From contig CALWOV010000001.1 of assembly GCA_944383275.1 (NCBI GenBank), positions 64,245 through 128,244 of the forward strand: a DNA stretch of 64,000 bases, in the 5' to 3' direction. This document shows, in pieces, positions 10,684-19,722 of this stretch (position 1 is the stretch's first letter; every line of letters starts with the position of its first letter). The stretch is from an uncultured Clostridia bacterium. Lineage in GTDB: Bacteria > Bacillota > Clostridia > Christensenellales > UBA1242. Both the position numbers and the translations under genes were made by a program. The notes under the pieces were generated by a model. The model saw only the letters and a list, made by a program, of their open reading frames with translations, was not told the origin of the DNA and searched no databases.

Positions 10684-10829
10684 TTATTCACAATAATTTT
10701 CAACTTTTACACACGGCATATTTATAAATTTGTTTGTATATTTATAAAAATATTGAATAAATAAGCGATTTTTTGCATAATTAAACAAATTTTTTAAAGT
10801 TTTCCACAATTTTACAAAAGTTATCCACA
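10684..10829 (+). promoter_or_regulatory. Cluster of DnaA-box-like 9-mers
   Basis: TTATCCACA (10821-10829, perfect consensus), TTTTCCACA (10800-10808, 1 mismatch), TTATTCACA (10684-10692, 1 mismatch) and TTTTACACA (10705-10713, 2 mismatches). All lie on the same strand inside a 560-bp AT-rich spacer. Confidence 0.4.
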
Positions 10830-11071
10830 GTAACTTTTTGAAAATTTTTATTTTTTTAAAAAATATAGCAATTTTTTAAATTATAAAATTTTAATAATTT
10901 TTTCTGTTTGTTTAGAGTGATAAAAAAATTATTAAAACAACTAAAAACTTATTAATAATTAGATTAAACCTATTAAAAATTATATGATATAGCATAATAT
11001 CTATTTTAAATTAATTATTATAAATAATAATATAAAAGTAACGATTATTATATCAATATAGTTATAAAAAA

Positions 11072-12463
11072 TTACCAATTAAGCATTCTTTTTGTTAAAT
11101 CATTGCCTTGTTTAATATTGGTTTTACTTTGTTTAGGTTGAGTGGCATCAGGTTTAAAATTGTTTAACTTCTCTTCTTCGATAATAGGAGATTCTATAAT
11201 TTCGGGTTCTCGTTTATGATAGCCAACTATTTTAACTGCTTGCACAGGTTTATAGGTTTGTGTTCTTATTTGCTTTTTATCAATCATTTTTCCGTTTTGC
11301 CAATATTCAAGATATGATTTGTAAACGCTTCCATCTTTTCCATATTGTTTATAAAAACTTTCATCTTCATAGTAAACTTTATTAGCATAATCTCCATTTG
11401 TGTCTATAATCACTTTTTCTGCTGGTGCTTTTATGGTTTTTACAAGTTTATTTACGCGTTTTAATTCATAATTAGTGCTTTTTTTACCATATATTTCAAC
11501 ACAAACATCTGAATTAGTTGTATATGTTTTTATAAAAATTGGAGAATTTGTATTGTTTTTCCATCTTAAATCGCTTGAACCATAATTAACCATAGCATCA
11601 AAGCCAGCAAGCACATAACTGCTTTGCAAACTGTGTGGGTGAACTTCTAATATTTCAACGCCAGCAAGTAACAAAGCATTATACATTGTTGTGCTAGTTT
11701 GGCAAACTCCTCCACCAACACCTTCGACATATTCTTCGTTAACTATAATTTTTGCAGGCATATATCCATTTTCAACAGTTCGGCGTTTTGTTATTGTGTT
11801 AAAAGAATATTCTTGATATGGTTCTAGAACCATTCCGTTAAAACAACTTAAAGATTTTCTTACATTGTGCTTTCTACTTTCAGAACTAGACGCAAAACTT
11901 GTTTTAAAACTGGATAATTTATTTGATAATGGTTTTAATTCATCTACGGTAACTTTGGGTTGTAAAATTTCGGGCTCTACCTCAACAGTTATTATATTTG
12001 AAGTTTTTAATTGTTCTAAAATTTGTTTATATAATTTATCTTTATTAACTTTATAACCTATTTGTTCATTTGTGAATTTGAACACATTTACACTATTAGG
12101 AATAAATTTCATAGTAGCATCAACTGCTTGCTTGTTTATATGCTCACATATAGCATCAATTTTATTATTAATGCCATAAAACACATATTCAAAACTTTCT
12201 TGCAATGAAAAGCCTAATTTATTAATTTTTTTAGTTAATTCTATTCTTTCTTCTACATTCCCCATTCTACCATTTTTTTGTGCTTGCGACCAATGTTCAA
12301 AATTCTTAACTTTATTTAATAGTTCATCATCACTCCAAAACCAAGTTTTATTTTGATATACAAAAGTAATCTCTATCTTTTGTTCTGGTTGATAACTTCC
12401 ACCACCTATTACAACAAAAAATAATAGAAAAAATATTCCTAAAATTTTTATGTTTAATTTCAT
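11072..12463 (-). CDS. VanW family protein (membrane-anchored, probable C-terminal G5-like region)
   Basis: VanW signature GGGVCQTSTTMYNALLLAGVEILEVHPHS. N-terminal TM anchor. Start moved to MKLNIKIL behind the strong RBS AGGAGAGAAAA; the upstream 30 codons of the ORF track have no RBS. Confidence 0.8.
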   Translation of the reverse strand: MKLNIKILGIFFLLFFVVIGGGSYQPEQKIEITFVYQNKTWFWSDDELLNKVKNFEHWSQAQKNGRMGNVEERIELTKKINKLGFSLQESFEYVFYGINNKIDAICEHINKQAVDATMKFIPNSVNVFKFTNEQIGYKVNKDKLYKQILEQLKTSNIITVEVEPEILQPKVTVDELKPLSNKLSSFKTSFASSSESRKHNVRKSLSCFNGMVLEPYQEYSFNTITKRRTVENGYMPAKIIVNEEYVEGVGGGVCQTSTTMYNALLLAGVEILEVHPHSLQSSYVLAGFDAMVNYGSSDLRWKNNTNSPIFIKTYTTNSDVCVEIYGKKSTNYELKRVNKLVKTIKAPAEKVIIDTNGDYANKVYYEDESFYKQYGKDGSVYKSYLEYWQNGKMIDKKQIRTQTYKPVQAVKIVGYHKREPEIIESPIIEEEKLNNFKPDATQPKQSKTNIKQGNDLTKRMLNW

Positions 12464-12571
12464 TTTTCTCTCCTGTTTGTTATAATTTATTTTTTCACAA
12501 AATTTATAAATTATACCAAAAACAGCAATAAAAATGTTATAAAAAATAAGCATAGTTACAACTATGCTTAT

Positions 12572-13201
12572 TTATTTTTTTGAATTTAATTTTTGCATTA
12601 ATAATTTTTGTTTTTGAGCCACAAGCCTTTCTTGATTTGCTGGCATTATTACAAGTTGCTGTTTAGCAAATGTTTGTGGTAAAATTTTTTGTGTTACTAA
12701 AATTTGAATTTGTTCTTTTCTGAAATTTGCAATTTTAAGTTGCGCACTTAAAGGTAAAAGCAACAACATATGACTTATAACAAAATTGTTAAGTCTATTA
12801 AAATCTGTAATTTCGCTTACTAATAACTTTCTTCCAACCTCATTATACCAAGTGTCAATTAATTTTTCTTTATCTTCGGAAGTTACAAAATCTGATTGAA
12901 AATTATCTAAAAACTCTTCCATATTTTCTTTAGTTGTAAAAAAACTTTCCAATTTTTTACGAGTAACCAAGATTGTTTGTGGAAGTTCTAGTGCTTTTAT
13001 ACCTTCGACAGCGTGAAAAGTGCTAGATTTAAAAGTGGTGTTTTCACTGTATAAATTTTTTGCTTCTTTATCACGCATTAGTGAAACGCGATTGCCGTAA
13101 AGCCCTTTTCCAAAAGTGAATTTTTCATAAGCGTAACCACAAGTTATTGCATATGCAAGATGTGCCATAGCCTGCTCACTTGTGAACATTTTTGTTATCA
13201 T
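12572..13201 (-). CDS. Hypothetical protein
   Basis: 209-aa ORF with RBS (AGGAGAG) and no recognisable motif. Confidence 0.5.
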   Translation of the reverse strand: MITKMFTSEQAMAHLAYAITCGYAYEKFTFGKGLYGNRVSLMRDKEAKNLYSENTTFKSSTFHAVEGIKALELPQTILVTRKKLESFFTTKENMEEFLDNFQSDFVTSEDKEKLIDTWYNEVGRKLLVSEITDFNRLNNFVISHMLLLLPLSAQLKIANFRKEQIQILVTQKILPQTFAKQQLVIMPANQERLVAQKQKLLMQKLNSKK

Positions 13202-13230
13202 TTAACTCTCCTGATAAATAATTCCATCAA

Positions 13231-13536
13231 TTAAATATTAAAACTAAATTTTTCCTTTTTAGGCTTTCCATCATCAAAACCTTCAAGGCAAGCATCAACC
13301 AATAACACTATAGTTTCAGGTTCTTTTTCAACATCTTCATATTTAGTTGCTTCTTCAACTTCTCCGTTATATTCAAGCGCACAACGACAGTAAGTTTCTA
13401 AAAACTCTTTTGCACGACAAAAGGCTTCTTCCACAGACTCGCCTTCTGTGCAAACACTTATATCGTGCAATATAATGGTATATCCACGATTTTCCTTATC
13501 TTTATATAATACTGCTGGAAAAACAAATTGTTTCAT
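13231..13536 (-). CDS. HicB-like / UPF0150-type antitoxin-fold protein
   Basis: MKQFVFPAVLYKDKENRGYTIILHDISVCTEGESVEEAFCRAKEFLE matches the N-terminal HicB-like fold pattern (beta-strands around a self-contained domain, then E-A helix). Start set at MKQF behind GGGAAG. Confidence 0.5.
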   Translation of the reverse strand: MKQFVFPAVLYKDKENRGYTIILHDISVCTEGESVEEAFCRAKEFLETYCRCALEYNGEVEEATKYEDVEKEPETIVLLVDACLEGFDDGKPKKEKFSFNI

Positions 13537-13556
13537 ATACTTCTTCCCTTTTAAAA

Positions 13557-13913
13557 TTAAATCCATAACAGAGTGTTTGCAACTACTAATACCAAGCACA
13601 ATAACCCCCAAAGCAGATTTAATGCTCTGCTCATATTAGTTTTAGCGTGCTTAATTCTTTTTATTTTTGCTTGCTTTGCTGCTTTTTGAGCATAAACCAA
13701 CCCAACTATAGCAATAACAAGCCCAACCAATGGGCATATTCCCATAAACACATTTTTTCCTATTTGCATAACAAATCCAAACAAAAAACAAGAAATAATA
13801 AACACTGCAAGTGAACCAATGCTTAACCAAAATGAAACATTAGACAAAGGTTCAAATGCTTTGAATTCTTTTATTTGTTCAACTTTTTTATCTAAATAGT
13901 CGAAATATGCCAT
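13557..13913 (-). CDS. Small membrane protein (3 predicted TM segments)
   Basis: Strong RBS GGAAGGAG and three hydrophobic stretches. No family recognised. Confidence 0.5.
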   Translation of the reverse strand: MAYFDYLDKKVEQIKEFKAFEPLSNVSFWLSIGSLAVFIISCFLFGFVMQIGKNVFMGICPLVGLVIAIVGLVYAQKAAKQAKIKRIKHAKTNMSRALNLLWGLLCLVLVVANTLLWI

Positions 13914-14086
13914 TTCTTACACTCCTTCCCTAATTATATATTGTTTGTGCAATTTTGGCAAACAAAATGACTTATTTTTTAAAATTTAGCACCATTTTTT
14001 TAAAAAGTTCATAGTATGAAATAGAAACCTTCGCTACATAACCATTTTTCTTTTATTATTTGGTTATGTTAAATTCGGAGGTTTTT

Positions 14087-14377
14087 ATGTATTGTCAAAA
14101 TAATTTTAATGATTGTAACTGCGGCAACAAAAAAGGTTTTAATTGCCCATGTGAAATAAATTGCCCTTGGCAACAAATGAGACAAAAATGTTCTTGCAAA
14201 CCAAACTGTTCATGGAATAACAACTGGAATGATTGCAATAAATGGAACGATAACAACTGTTTACCTTGCCAACCAAAACCACACTTTCCACCTAAAAGAC
14301 CTAACAGTTATGAATTTTGCATAGAAGGCAAAATTACAATTAAAGATAATTGCTGTAATAACAATTTTTTTTGCTAA
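14087..14377 (+). CDS. Small cysteine-rich protein (16 Cys in 96 aa, also rich in N, W and P)
   Basis: RBS GGAGG 6 nt before the ATG at 14087. Sequence MYCQNNFNDCNCGNKKGFNCPCEINCPWQQMRQKCSCKPNCSWNNNWNDCNKWNDNNCLPCQ..., with CxC/CPC/CSC/CLPC motifs. Confidence 0.55.
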   Translation: MYCQNNFNDCNCGNKKGFNCPCEINCPWQQMRQKCSCKPNCSWNNNWNDCNKWNDNNCLPCQPKPHFPPKRPNSYEFCIEGKITIKDNCCNNNFFC

Positions 14378-15699
14378 TCGCTCTCGTCGCTCTCGGCATC
14401 TGTGCCAAAAGATAGTAAGTCAATAGTTTCTTCTTGCGATGGAGCAAATGAATCTACTTTGCTGAGTTGTCTTTCAATAGTTCTTGTTTTCTTTGCAGCA
14501 TCATCAATGGTATTACTTGCTTCATTAAGTTTCTTTTGGGTTTTACCAATAAGTTCACAAAACTTTTTAAAGTCATTTCGGAAAAGTGATAATAAATTCC
14601 AAACTTCACTGCTGCGCTTTTCAATAGCCAAGGTTTTAAAACCAAGTTGCAAACTGTTAAGTAATGCAGCAAGCGTAGTTGGTCCACAAACCATTATTCT
14701 AAAATCTCGTTGCAAAGACTGAATTAATTCTGTTTTCTTAACAACTTCAGCATAAAGCCCTTCAATGGGCAAATACATAATTGCAAAGTCGGTTGTTTTC
14801 GGAACTTTGATATATTTTTTACTGATTTCTTTTGCTTGCGTTTTTATGGCATTTTCAATTTCTTTAACGCTTTTATCAATAAGAGCAACATCGTTTTGTT
14901 CGCTTGCTTCTATTAAGCGTTGATATGCTTCTATTGGATATTTTGCATCTATAGGAAGCAACACACTATCATCATTTTTACCCGGCATTACAACAGCAAA
15001 GTCCACGCGTTCTGTGCTGTTTCCATCTATCATAACCTGAGACTTAAATTGTTCTGGGGCTAGAATTTGTTCAAGTAAATTGCCAAGTTGAACTTCACCC
15101 CAAGTTCCACGAGTTTTTATGTTTGATAAAACTTTCTTTAAATCTCCAACATCACCTGCAAGCCCTTTCATTTCGCCTAAACTTTTATAAACTTCTTGCA
15201 ATCTTTCACTTACTTGTGTAAAACTTGTGTTAAGCCTTTTTTCCAAAGTATCTTGTAATTTTTCATCAACAGTTAGGCGCATTTGCTCTAATTTTTTTTC
15301 GTTACTTTCTTGCAAAGATTTCATATTTTCTGTTAAAGTTTTATCAATTCTTTCAAGTCTATCATCGTTATTTTTCAAAAGTTCATTAATTCTATCTTCT
15401 ATATTCTTCAACTGTTCTCGTTGAAGTTTATAAGTTTCTGTTAGCCTTGCAGTTACAACTTCGTTATATTCTTTTATATAATCAAAAATATTTATATTAG
15501 TTTCTCTAAAAATTCTTATTAAGTTTTCATTATCAGTTCTTAATATCTTTATCATATTTTCATTTTCGTGCTTAACATTTTCAAGTAATTCTTTTGCCCC
15601 CATATCGTTGCCCTTCTTTTTGCTTATAAGCAAGCAAACAGATATAATTAAATTAATTGAAACAACAACAGCAAGCACTATTGAAAGTAAATCAACCAT
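14374..15699 (-). CDS. rmuC: DNA recombination protein RmuC
   Basis: N-terminal TM, long coiled coil, and the RmuC nuclease-like C-terminal region (GTWGEVQLGNLLEQIL...VDFAVVMPG...LPIDAKYP). RBS AAGGAGAG. Confidence 0.85.
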   Translation of the reverse strand: MVDLLSIVLAVVVSINLIISVCLLISKKKGNDMGAKELLENVKHENENMIKILRTDNENLIRIFRETNINIFDYIKEYNEVVTARLTETYKLQREQLKNIEDRINELLKNNDDRLERIDKTLTENMKSLQESNEKKLEQMRLTVDEKLQDTLEKRLNTSFTQVSERLQEVYKSLGEMKGLAGDVGDLKKVLSNIKTRGTWGEVQLGNLLEQILAPEQFKSQVMIDGNSTERVDFAVVMPGKNDDSVLLPIDAKYPIEAYQRLIEASEQNDVALIDKSVKEIENAIKTQAKEISKKYIKVPKTTDFAIMYLPIEGLYAEVVKKTELIQSLQRDFRIMVCGPTTLAALLNSLQLGFKTLAIEKRSSEVWNLLSLFRNDFKKFCELIGKTQKKLNEASNTIDDAAKKTRTIERQLSKVDSFAPSQEETIDLLSFGTDAESDESD

Positions 15700-16999
15700 T
15701 TTTTATCTCTCCTTCTACTAAATCAAGTAATGTATCTTTTTTATTTAGTTCTGGGCACAAACAACATTCTTCAAGTAAATTATTTAAAATTTTGCTGAAA
15801 TTTTCCTTTTTTAAATTAGGGAAATTTTGCATTAAGTCGTTACCATTAATTTTTAATTGTTTTACATTCATTGGAACTTCATCTATAATCATTAAATTAT
15901 ATAGCAACCCTAAATCTGAAAATAAATTGAATTGTTTACCAAAATCGACCAATCTTAAGATAATTTTACTGTTTTTTTGAATAAATTTGCGTTTATCATC
16001 TTCTGTTTTTAATTCGTTTTGTGCCACATAAAAGCAATTAAACAATTTTACCTGTCGTTTAATTTCTTTTTGAGATAGCATTAAACCACTTGTTCCCAAC
16101 ATTAAGGTTATATTTTCGTTATCAAGTGGCAATGAAAGCACTGTTAAAAAATCATACACAAAGGCACTTATTCTGTGAACAGGTGTTGCTTTATTCATTG
16201 CATTGACCCAATTTTTGCTTAATTTTTCGTTTATATTTTTAATGCCAACTTTAGCAGAAATTTCTGGAAAAATATAGCCCCAAGCATTTAATTCTGATAA
16301 AATTTTAAGCCCCATTATTGGTGCGTGTGGGTTGTTAATGCTGTCATATTTATAATCGGAAAATAAGATTGCAATGATTTCTTTATTAAACCGTTCTTGT
16401 GATATATCTGCAAGTTGGGCAACCATATTTTTTGCAACATCAAAACATTCGCTTGATATGGAAAAATCTAACTCACAACTCATTCGAACTAATCTTAAAA
16501 TTCTTAAACCGTCCCTTGAAAAAACATATTCAGGGGTTTCAACTGTTCGCATAACATGAGCATTTACATCTGCAACACCATTATAAAAATCAATTAAACT
16601 ATCATTATTAATGTCGTAATAAATACAATTTGCAGTGAAATCGCGTCTTGAAGCATCTTGTTTTATATCACTAACAAACTCGACACTGTTTGGTGAATGA
16701 TTTCCACCAATATCATAACTTTCTTTTCTGAATGTTGTATGCTCGAACTCATCTTCATTCATTTTATTTTTTATAAGCAAAGTGCCAAGTTTTGGATTTA
16801 CAACTTGGGCATAAAATGGCGTGCCATTTAACATTTCTATAACCTGTTGTGGCAATGCTGAACTGCAGATATCATAATCAGTTTCACAAAAGCCCAAAAT
16901 TGCATTACGAACAAAGCCCCCCACAATATAAAGTGGCGAGCCATTTTGCATAAAAATATCACTTAACTGTTTTAAAGTGTTTGGAACATTGATTTTCAT
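15692..16999 (-). CDS. cca: CCA-adding tRNA nucleotidyltransferase / poly(A) polymerase family protein
   Basis: LYIVGGFVRNAILG...DYDICS and RRDFTANCIYYD motifs of class II nucleotidyltransferases. Confidence 0.8.
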   Translation of the reverse strand: MKINVPNTLKQLSDIFMQNGSPLYIVGGFVRNAILGFCETDYDICSSALPQQVIEMLNGTPFYAQVVNPKLGTLLIKNKMNEDEFEHTTFRKESYDIGGNHSPNSVEFVSDIKQDASRRDFTANCIYYDINNDSLIDFYNGVADVNAHVMRTVETPEYVFSRDGLRILRLVRMSCELDFSISSECFDVAKNMVAQLADISQERFNKEIIAILFSDYKYDSINNPHAPIMGLKILSELNAWGYIFPEISAKVGIKNINEKLSKNWVNAMNKATPVHRISAFVYDFLTVLSLPLDNENITLMLGTSGLMLSQKEIKRQVKLFNCFYVAQNELKTEDDKRKFIQKNSKIILRLVDFGKQFNLFSDLGLLYNLMIIDEVPMNVKQLKINGNDLMQNFPNLKKENFSKILNNLLEECCLCPELNKKDTLLDLVEGEIKNG

Positions 17000-17051
17000 A
17001 AAAATATGATAACATATTTAGAAAAAAATGTCTTAAAATTTAATGTATTTT

Positions 17052-17585
17052 TTAAAAATATTGCCAAATATTTCGCAAACAATTTCGGTTTTGCACTAAA
17101 AGCATTTGTAAAGCCTGTAATCTTCTTTTTATAATTCTTGAAATAACATCTTTAACTTCTTGGCGTGTTTCTAATTCATAGGCATTAAAAAGTTCTTCAA
17201 TAACGGTAAGTTCACTTTGTAAAAATCTGCGATTAATTTGCTGAAAATTTCTTGGTAAGCATTCTGGAAAATTAGGATTTTGCTTAGCAAAATCAGAAAG
17301 TGATGTGTAAAATTCGGTTAATTCGGTAAGTTCATTATCGTTTAAATTTTGAAGTTGATTAACAAAATTTCTTACATCTCCGTTCATATCAAACCGTTGC
17401 AAAAACTCAAGATACTGACCACTTTGCCTTATGTTATTTGCAAGTTCGGTTAAATTAGGTTCGGTTTCGGTTTGCATTGCCCTAACTTTATTAAATGTTT
17501 GTGCTTTAACTTTATTGTAGTTTGCATTCATATTTTGCATTGCATCATCATCGGCAAGTTTTTCATCATTAAAACTAATCTTCAT
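17052..17585 (-). CDS. Hypothetical protein (helical)
   Basis: 177-aa ORF with RBS AAGGGGG. No family recognised. Confidence 0.5.
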   Translation of the reverse strand: MKISFNDEKLADDDAMQNMNANYNKVKAQTFNKVRAMQTETEPNLTELANNIRQSGQYLEFLQRFDMNGDVRNFVNQLQNLNDNELTELTEFYTSLSDFAKQNPNFPECLPRNFQQINRRFLQSELTVIEELFNAYELETRQEVKDVISRIIKRRLQALQMLLVQNRNCLRNIWQYF

Positions 17586-17822
17586 TTTTGCCCCCTTATT
17601 TTAAGTTTTATATGAATAAACTTAAAATTGTGTTAAAAATTATAATTTTTTATAAGTTTTATTTTTGCACTTTTTATTATTTAAAAATAAAATAGGATTA
17701 AGTTTGCTTTAAAATAAAGAAAAAAATTATTTTTAATAATTTATTAAAACTTCTATACTAAAAATAATTTTTAAGTGAATTAAATTTATAAATTATTACA
17801 AAATAATTAAGAGGTAATTTTT

Positions 17823-18011
17823 ATGAAAAACAAGCAAATAAATAAAGAAGATGTTGAAAAAATTAACGAGATTGATAAACTTGAAGAAGAAACCAAACTT
17901 GCCGAAATTGAACTTTTAGTGAAACACAACAAAAATTTATCAAAAGATTTAAGAAAATATTTGAAATGTAAGCGAAAACTTGCAAGTTTTATAAAAGAAA
18001 CTGACTTATAA
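17823..18011 (+). CDS. Small K/E-rich hypothetical protein
   Basis: 62-aa ORF preceded by AAGAGGTAA. Its low-complexity charged composition makes it uncertain. Confidence 0.35.
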   Translation: MKNKQINKEDVEKINEIDKLEEETKLAEIELLVKHNKNLSKDLRKYLKCKRKLASFIKETDL

Positions 18012-18087
18012 TTGAAAATTAATTTATTTTTAATTTACAAAATGTTTTTGTTTTGATATTCTTATAAAAACAACAAAAGGAAAATTT

Positions 18088-18876
18088 ATGAGCAGTTTTG
18101 AATTAAAATGTAAAAATTGTGGTTCAGAATTAACCAAAGTTAGTGATACTGTTTATGTTTGTGAACACTGTGGCGCACAATTTGAAAATAAACAAGACAT
18201 TATTCAAAATATTGAAAATAAAAACATAACACAAAACATAACAAAAAATATTGTTGGTAGTGCTTTAGATTATGAAGAACTTGTTAAGAATGGTGATACT
18301 TTTTTTGCATTGTCGGAATGGGATAAAGCAGAAGAAAGTTATTTAAAAGCTATTGACCTTGCCCCAAACAACTGCTGGAGTTGGTTTAATATGGTAAAAC
18401 TTTTAACTGTAAATTTTAAGTTGCCATTTGCAAAAGATTATGAACAATATTATGAAAAAGCAATGATTGTTGCTTCTGAAGAAGAAAAAGCAGAAATCTT
18501 TAAAACAATGCAAGACTATTATGTTTATGTTAAAGGTTATGTTTATTCCTATAACTTTAAATATCCATCTTTAAATTTTATGGATAAAAAACTTCTTAAA
18601 AGAAAACCAAAAAAATTATACAACCAAAAACAAATTCAAAGACGAAGTGTTGCAACAATTATTTTAGGTATTATTTTAATTCTTATTGGCTTTGGCTTCG
18701 GAATTTACTATATGGTATCATTCGATGACCTTTTAATTGGTGGGGTTATTATTATTGCTGTTGGATTGGTTGGACTTGCTGTTATGCTTTTTGGAATAAG
18801 ACTAAATACGATTTTAGAAAAAAGAAATTATAAGATATTTACAAAAGCAAGAGAAAAAATATTTGATGTAAAATAA
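18088..18876 (+). CDS. Zinc-ribbon / TPR-like membrane protein
   Basis: N-terminal CKNCGSEL...CEHCGAQF zinc ribbon, a TPR-like segment (GDTFFALSEWDKAEESYLKAIDLAPNN) and two C-terminal TM helices. Confidence 0.55.
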   Translation: MSSFELKCKNCGSELTKVSDTVYVCEHCGAQFENKQDIIQNIENKNITQNITKNIVGSALDYEELVKNGDTFFALSEWDKAEESYLKAIDLAPNNCWSWFNMVKLLTVNFKLPFAKDYEQYYEKAMIVASEEEKAEIFKTMQDYYVYVKGYVYSYNFKYPSLNFMDKKLLKRKPKKLYNQKQIQRRSVATIILGIILILIGFGFGIYYMVSFDDLLIGGVIIIAVGLVGLAVMLFGIRLNTILEKRNYKIFTKAREKIFDVK

Positions 18877-19042
18877 CAGTAAATAAGTTTTAAAATCATT
18901 GTTTAAAAATAAAATTATACAAATTTATTAATAAAATATACTTAAAAATAATTTCAATTAATGGTATAAAATTTTATTTTAAGATATATAAATATCAAAT
19001 TTTATAAAAAATAAAAATGAATTTTATGTTTATTCAGTATAT

Positions 19043-19077
19043 AAAAAAACTTTATCACATTTGATAAAGTTTTTTTG
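19043..19077. terminator. Bidirectional rho-independent terminator
   Basis: AAAAAAACTTTATCA-CATT-TGATAAAGTTTTTTT, a 9-bp stem flanked by A- and T-runs, between convergent genes. Confidence 0.6.
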
Positions 19078-19120
19078 TTATATTAGTGATATAAATTGAC
19101 TTAATAACTAAAAAGCAACT

Positions 19121-19453
19121 TTATAAAGTTTTTTCAATTTCTTCTAAATGTGCTTTTTTAGTTTCTTTAGTTTTTTTAGAAACAAAAAATCTTTTTGCAC
19201 TATATAATGTATATTTTGTTTCTGCAATTTCATCAAGCAATTTTTCGTCTATGTTTTTAGGAACATCTCCTTGAATAACCATTAATTCTTTTTCAATTTT
19301 TATCCAAGATTTTTTATTAAGCGAAGCTAGTAACCCACTTTGCATATCACAAAGTTCTAAAATGTAACCTGCTTGATTGGCAATTTCGTTTTTATTTCCA
19401 TATTTACCAACATAAATATCTTTATAAAAGTTTTTATTAGTATTTTTATCCAT
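19121..19453 (-). CDS. Hypothetical protein
   Basis: 110-aa ORF with RBS AAAGGAG. Confidence 0.5.
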   Translation of the reverse strand: MDKNTNKNFYKDIYVGKYGNKNEIANQAGYILELCDMQSGLLASLNKKSWIKIEKELMVIQGDVPKNIDEKLLDEIAETKYTLYSAKRFFVSKKTKETKKAHLEEIEKTL

Positions 19454-19654
19454 TAATACAATCTCCTTTATTTAAAATAATTATATCAAAAATATAATAT
19501 TTTGTCAATATATGATTTTTCTAGTGATAACATTTATACAAAATGTAAATTAACTATATAATAATTATTTACATATAACTTGTTTCACAATTTAAATCAT
19601 AAAAGTATAAAACAATTTAAAATAAAAACACGCCTACTATTACCAAATTAAAAA

Positions 19655-19690
19655 ATAAAAAGAACTATGTCTTAATAATATAGTTCTTTA
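19655..19690 (-). terminator. Terminator after recR
   Basis: AGAACTAT/ATAGTTCT stem (19661-19668 / 19680-19687) followed on the minus strand by TTTTATTTTTT. Confidence 0.5.
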
Positions 19691-19722
19691 TTTATTATTT
19701 TAAAGTTTTATATTCTGCTTAA

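Noticed and set aside
10511-11071. Whether the AT-rich spacer with DnaA boxes is the replication origin
   Set aside because: No dnaA, dnaN or rpmH is adjacent. Genes on both sides are on the same (minus) strand, so there is no strand-bias switch. Only 3-4 boxes are present. It was kept as a DnaA-box cluster finding instead.
12464-12553. N-terminal 30-codon extension of the VanW ORF, and similar extensions for rpsF (35496-35558), the HicB-like gene (13537-13611), dnaX, cwlD, the giant gene and the enoate reductase
   Set aside because: In each case an internal ATG is preceded by a clear AGGAG-type RBS, while the upstream start has none. The extensions also cover promoter or UTR sequence.
13557-13913. 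Whether the gene upstream of the HicB-like ORF is HicA
   Set aside because: It encodes a 118-aa protein with three hydrophobic TM segments, not the ~60-aa dsRBD-like HicA toxin.
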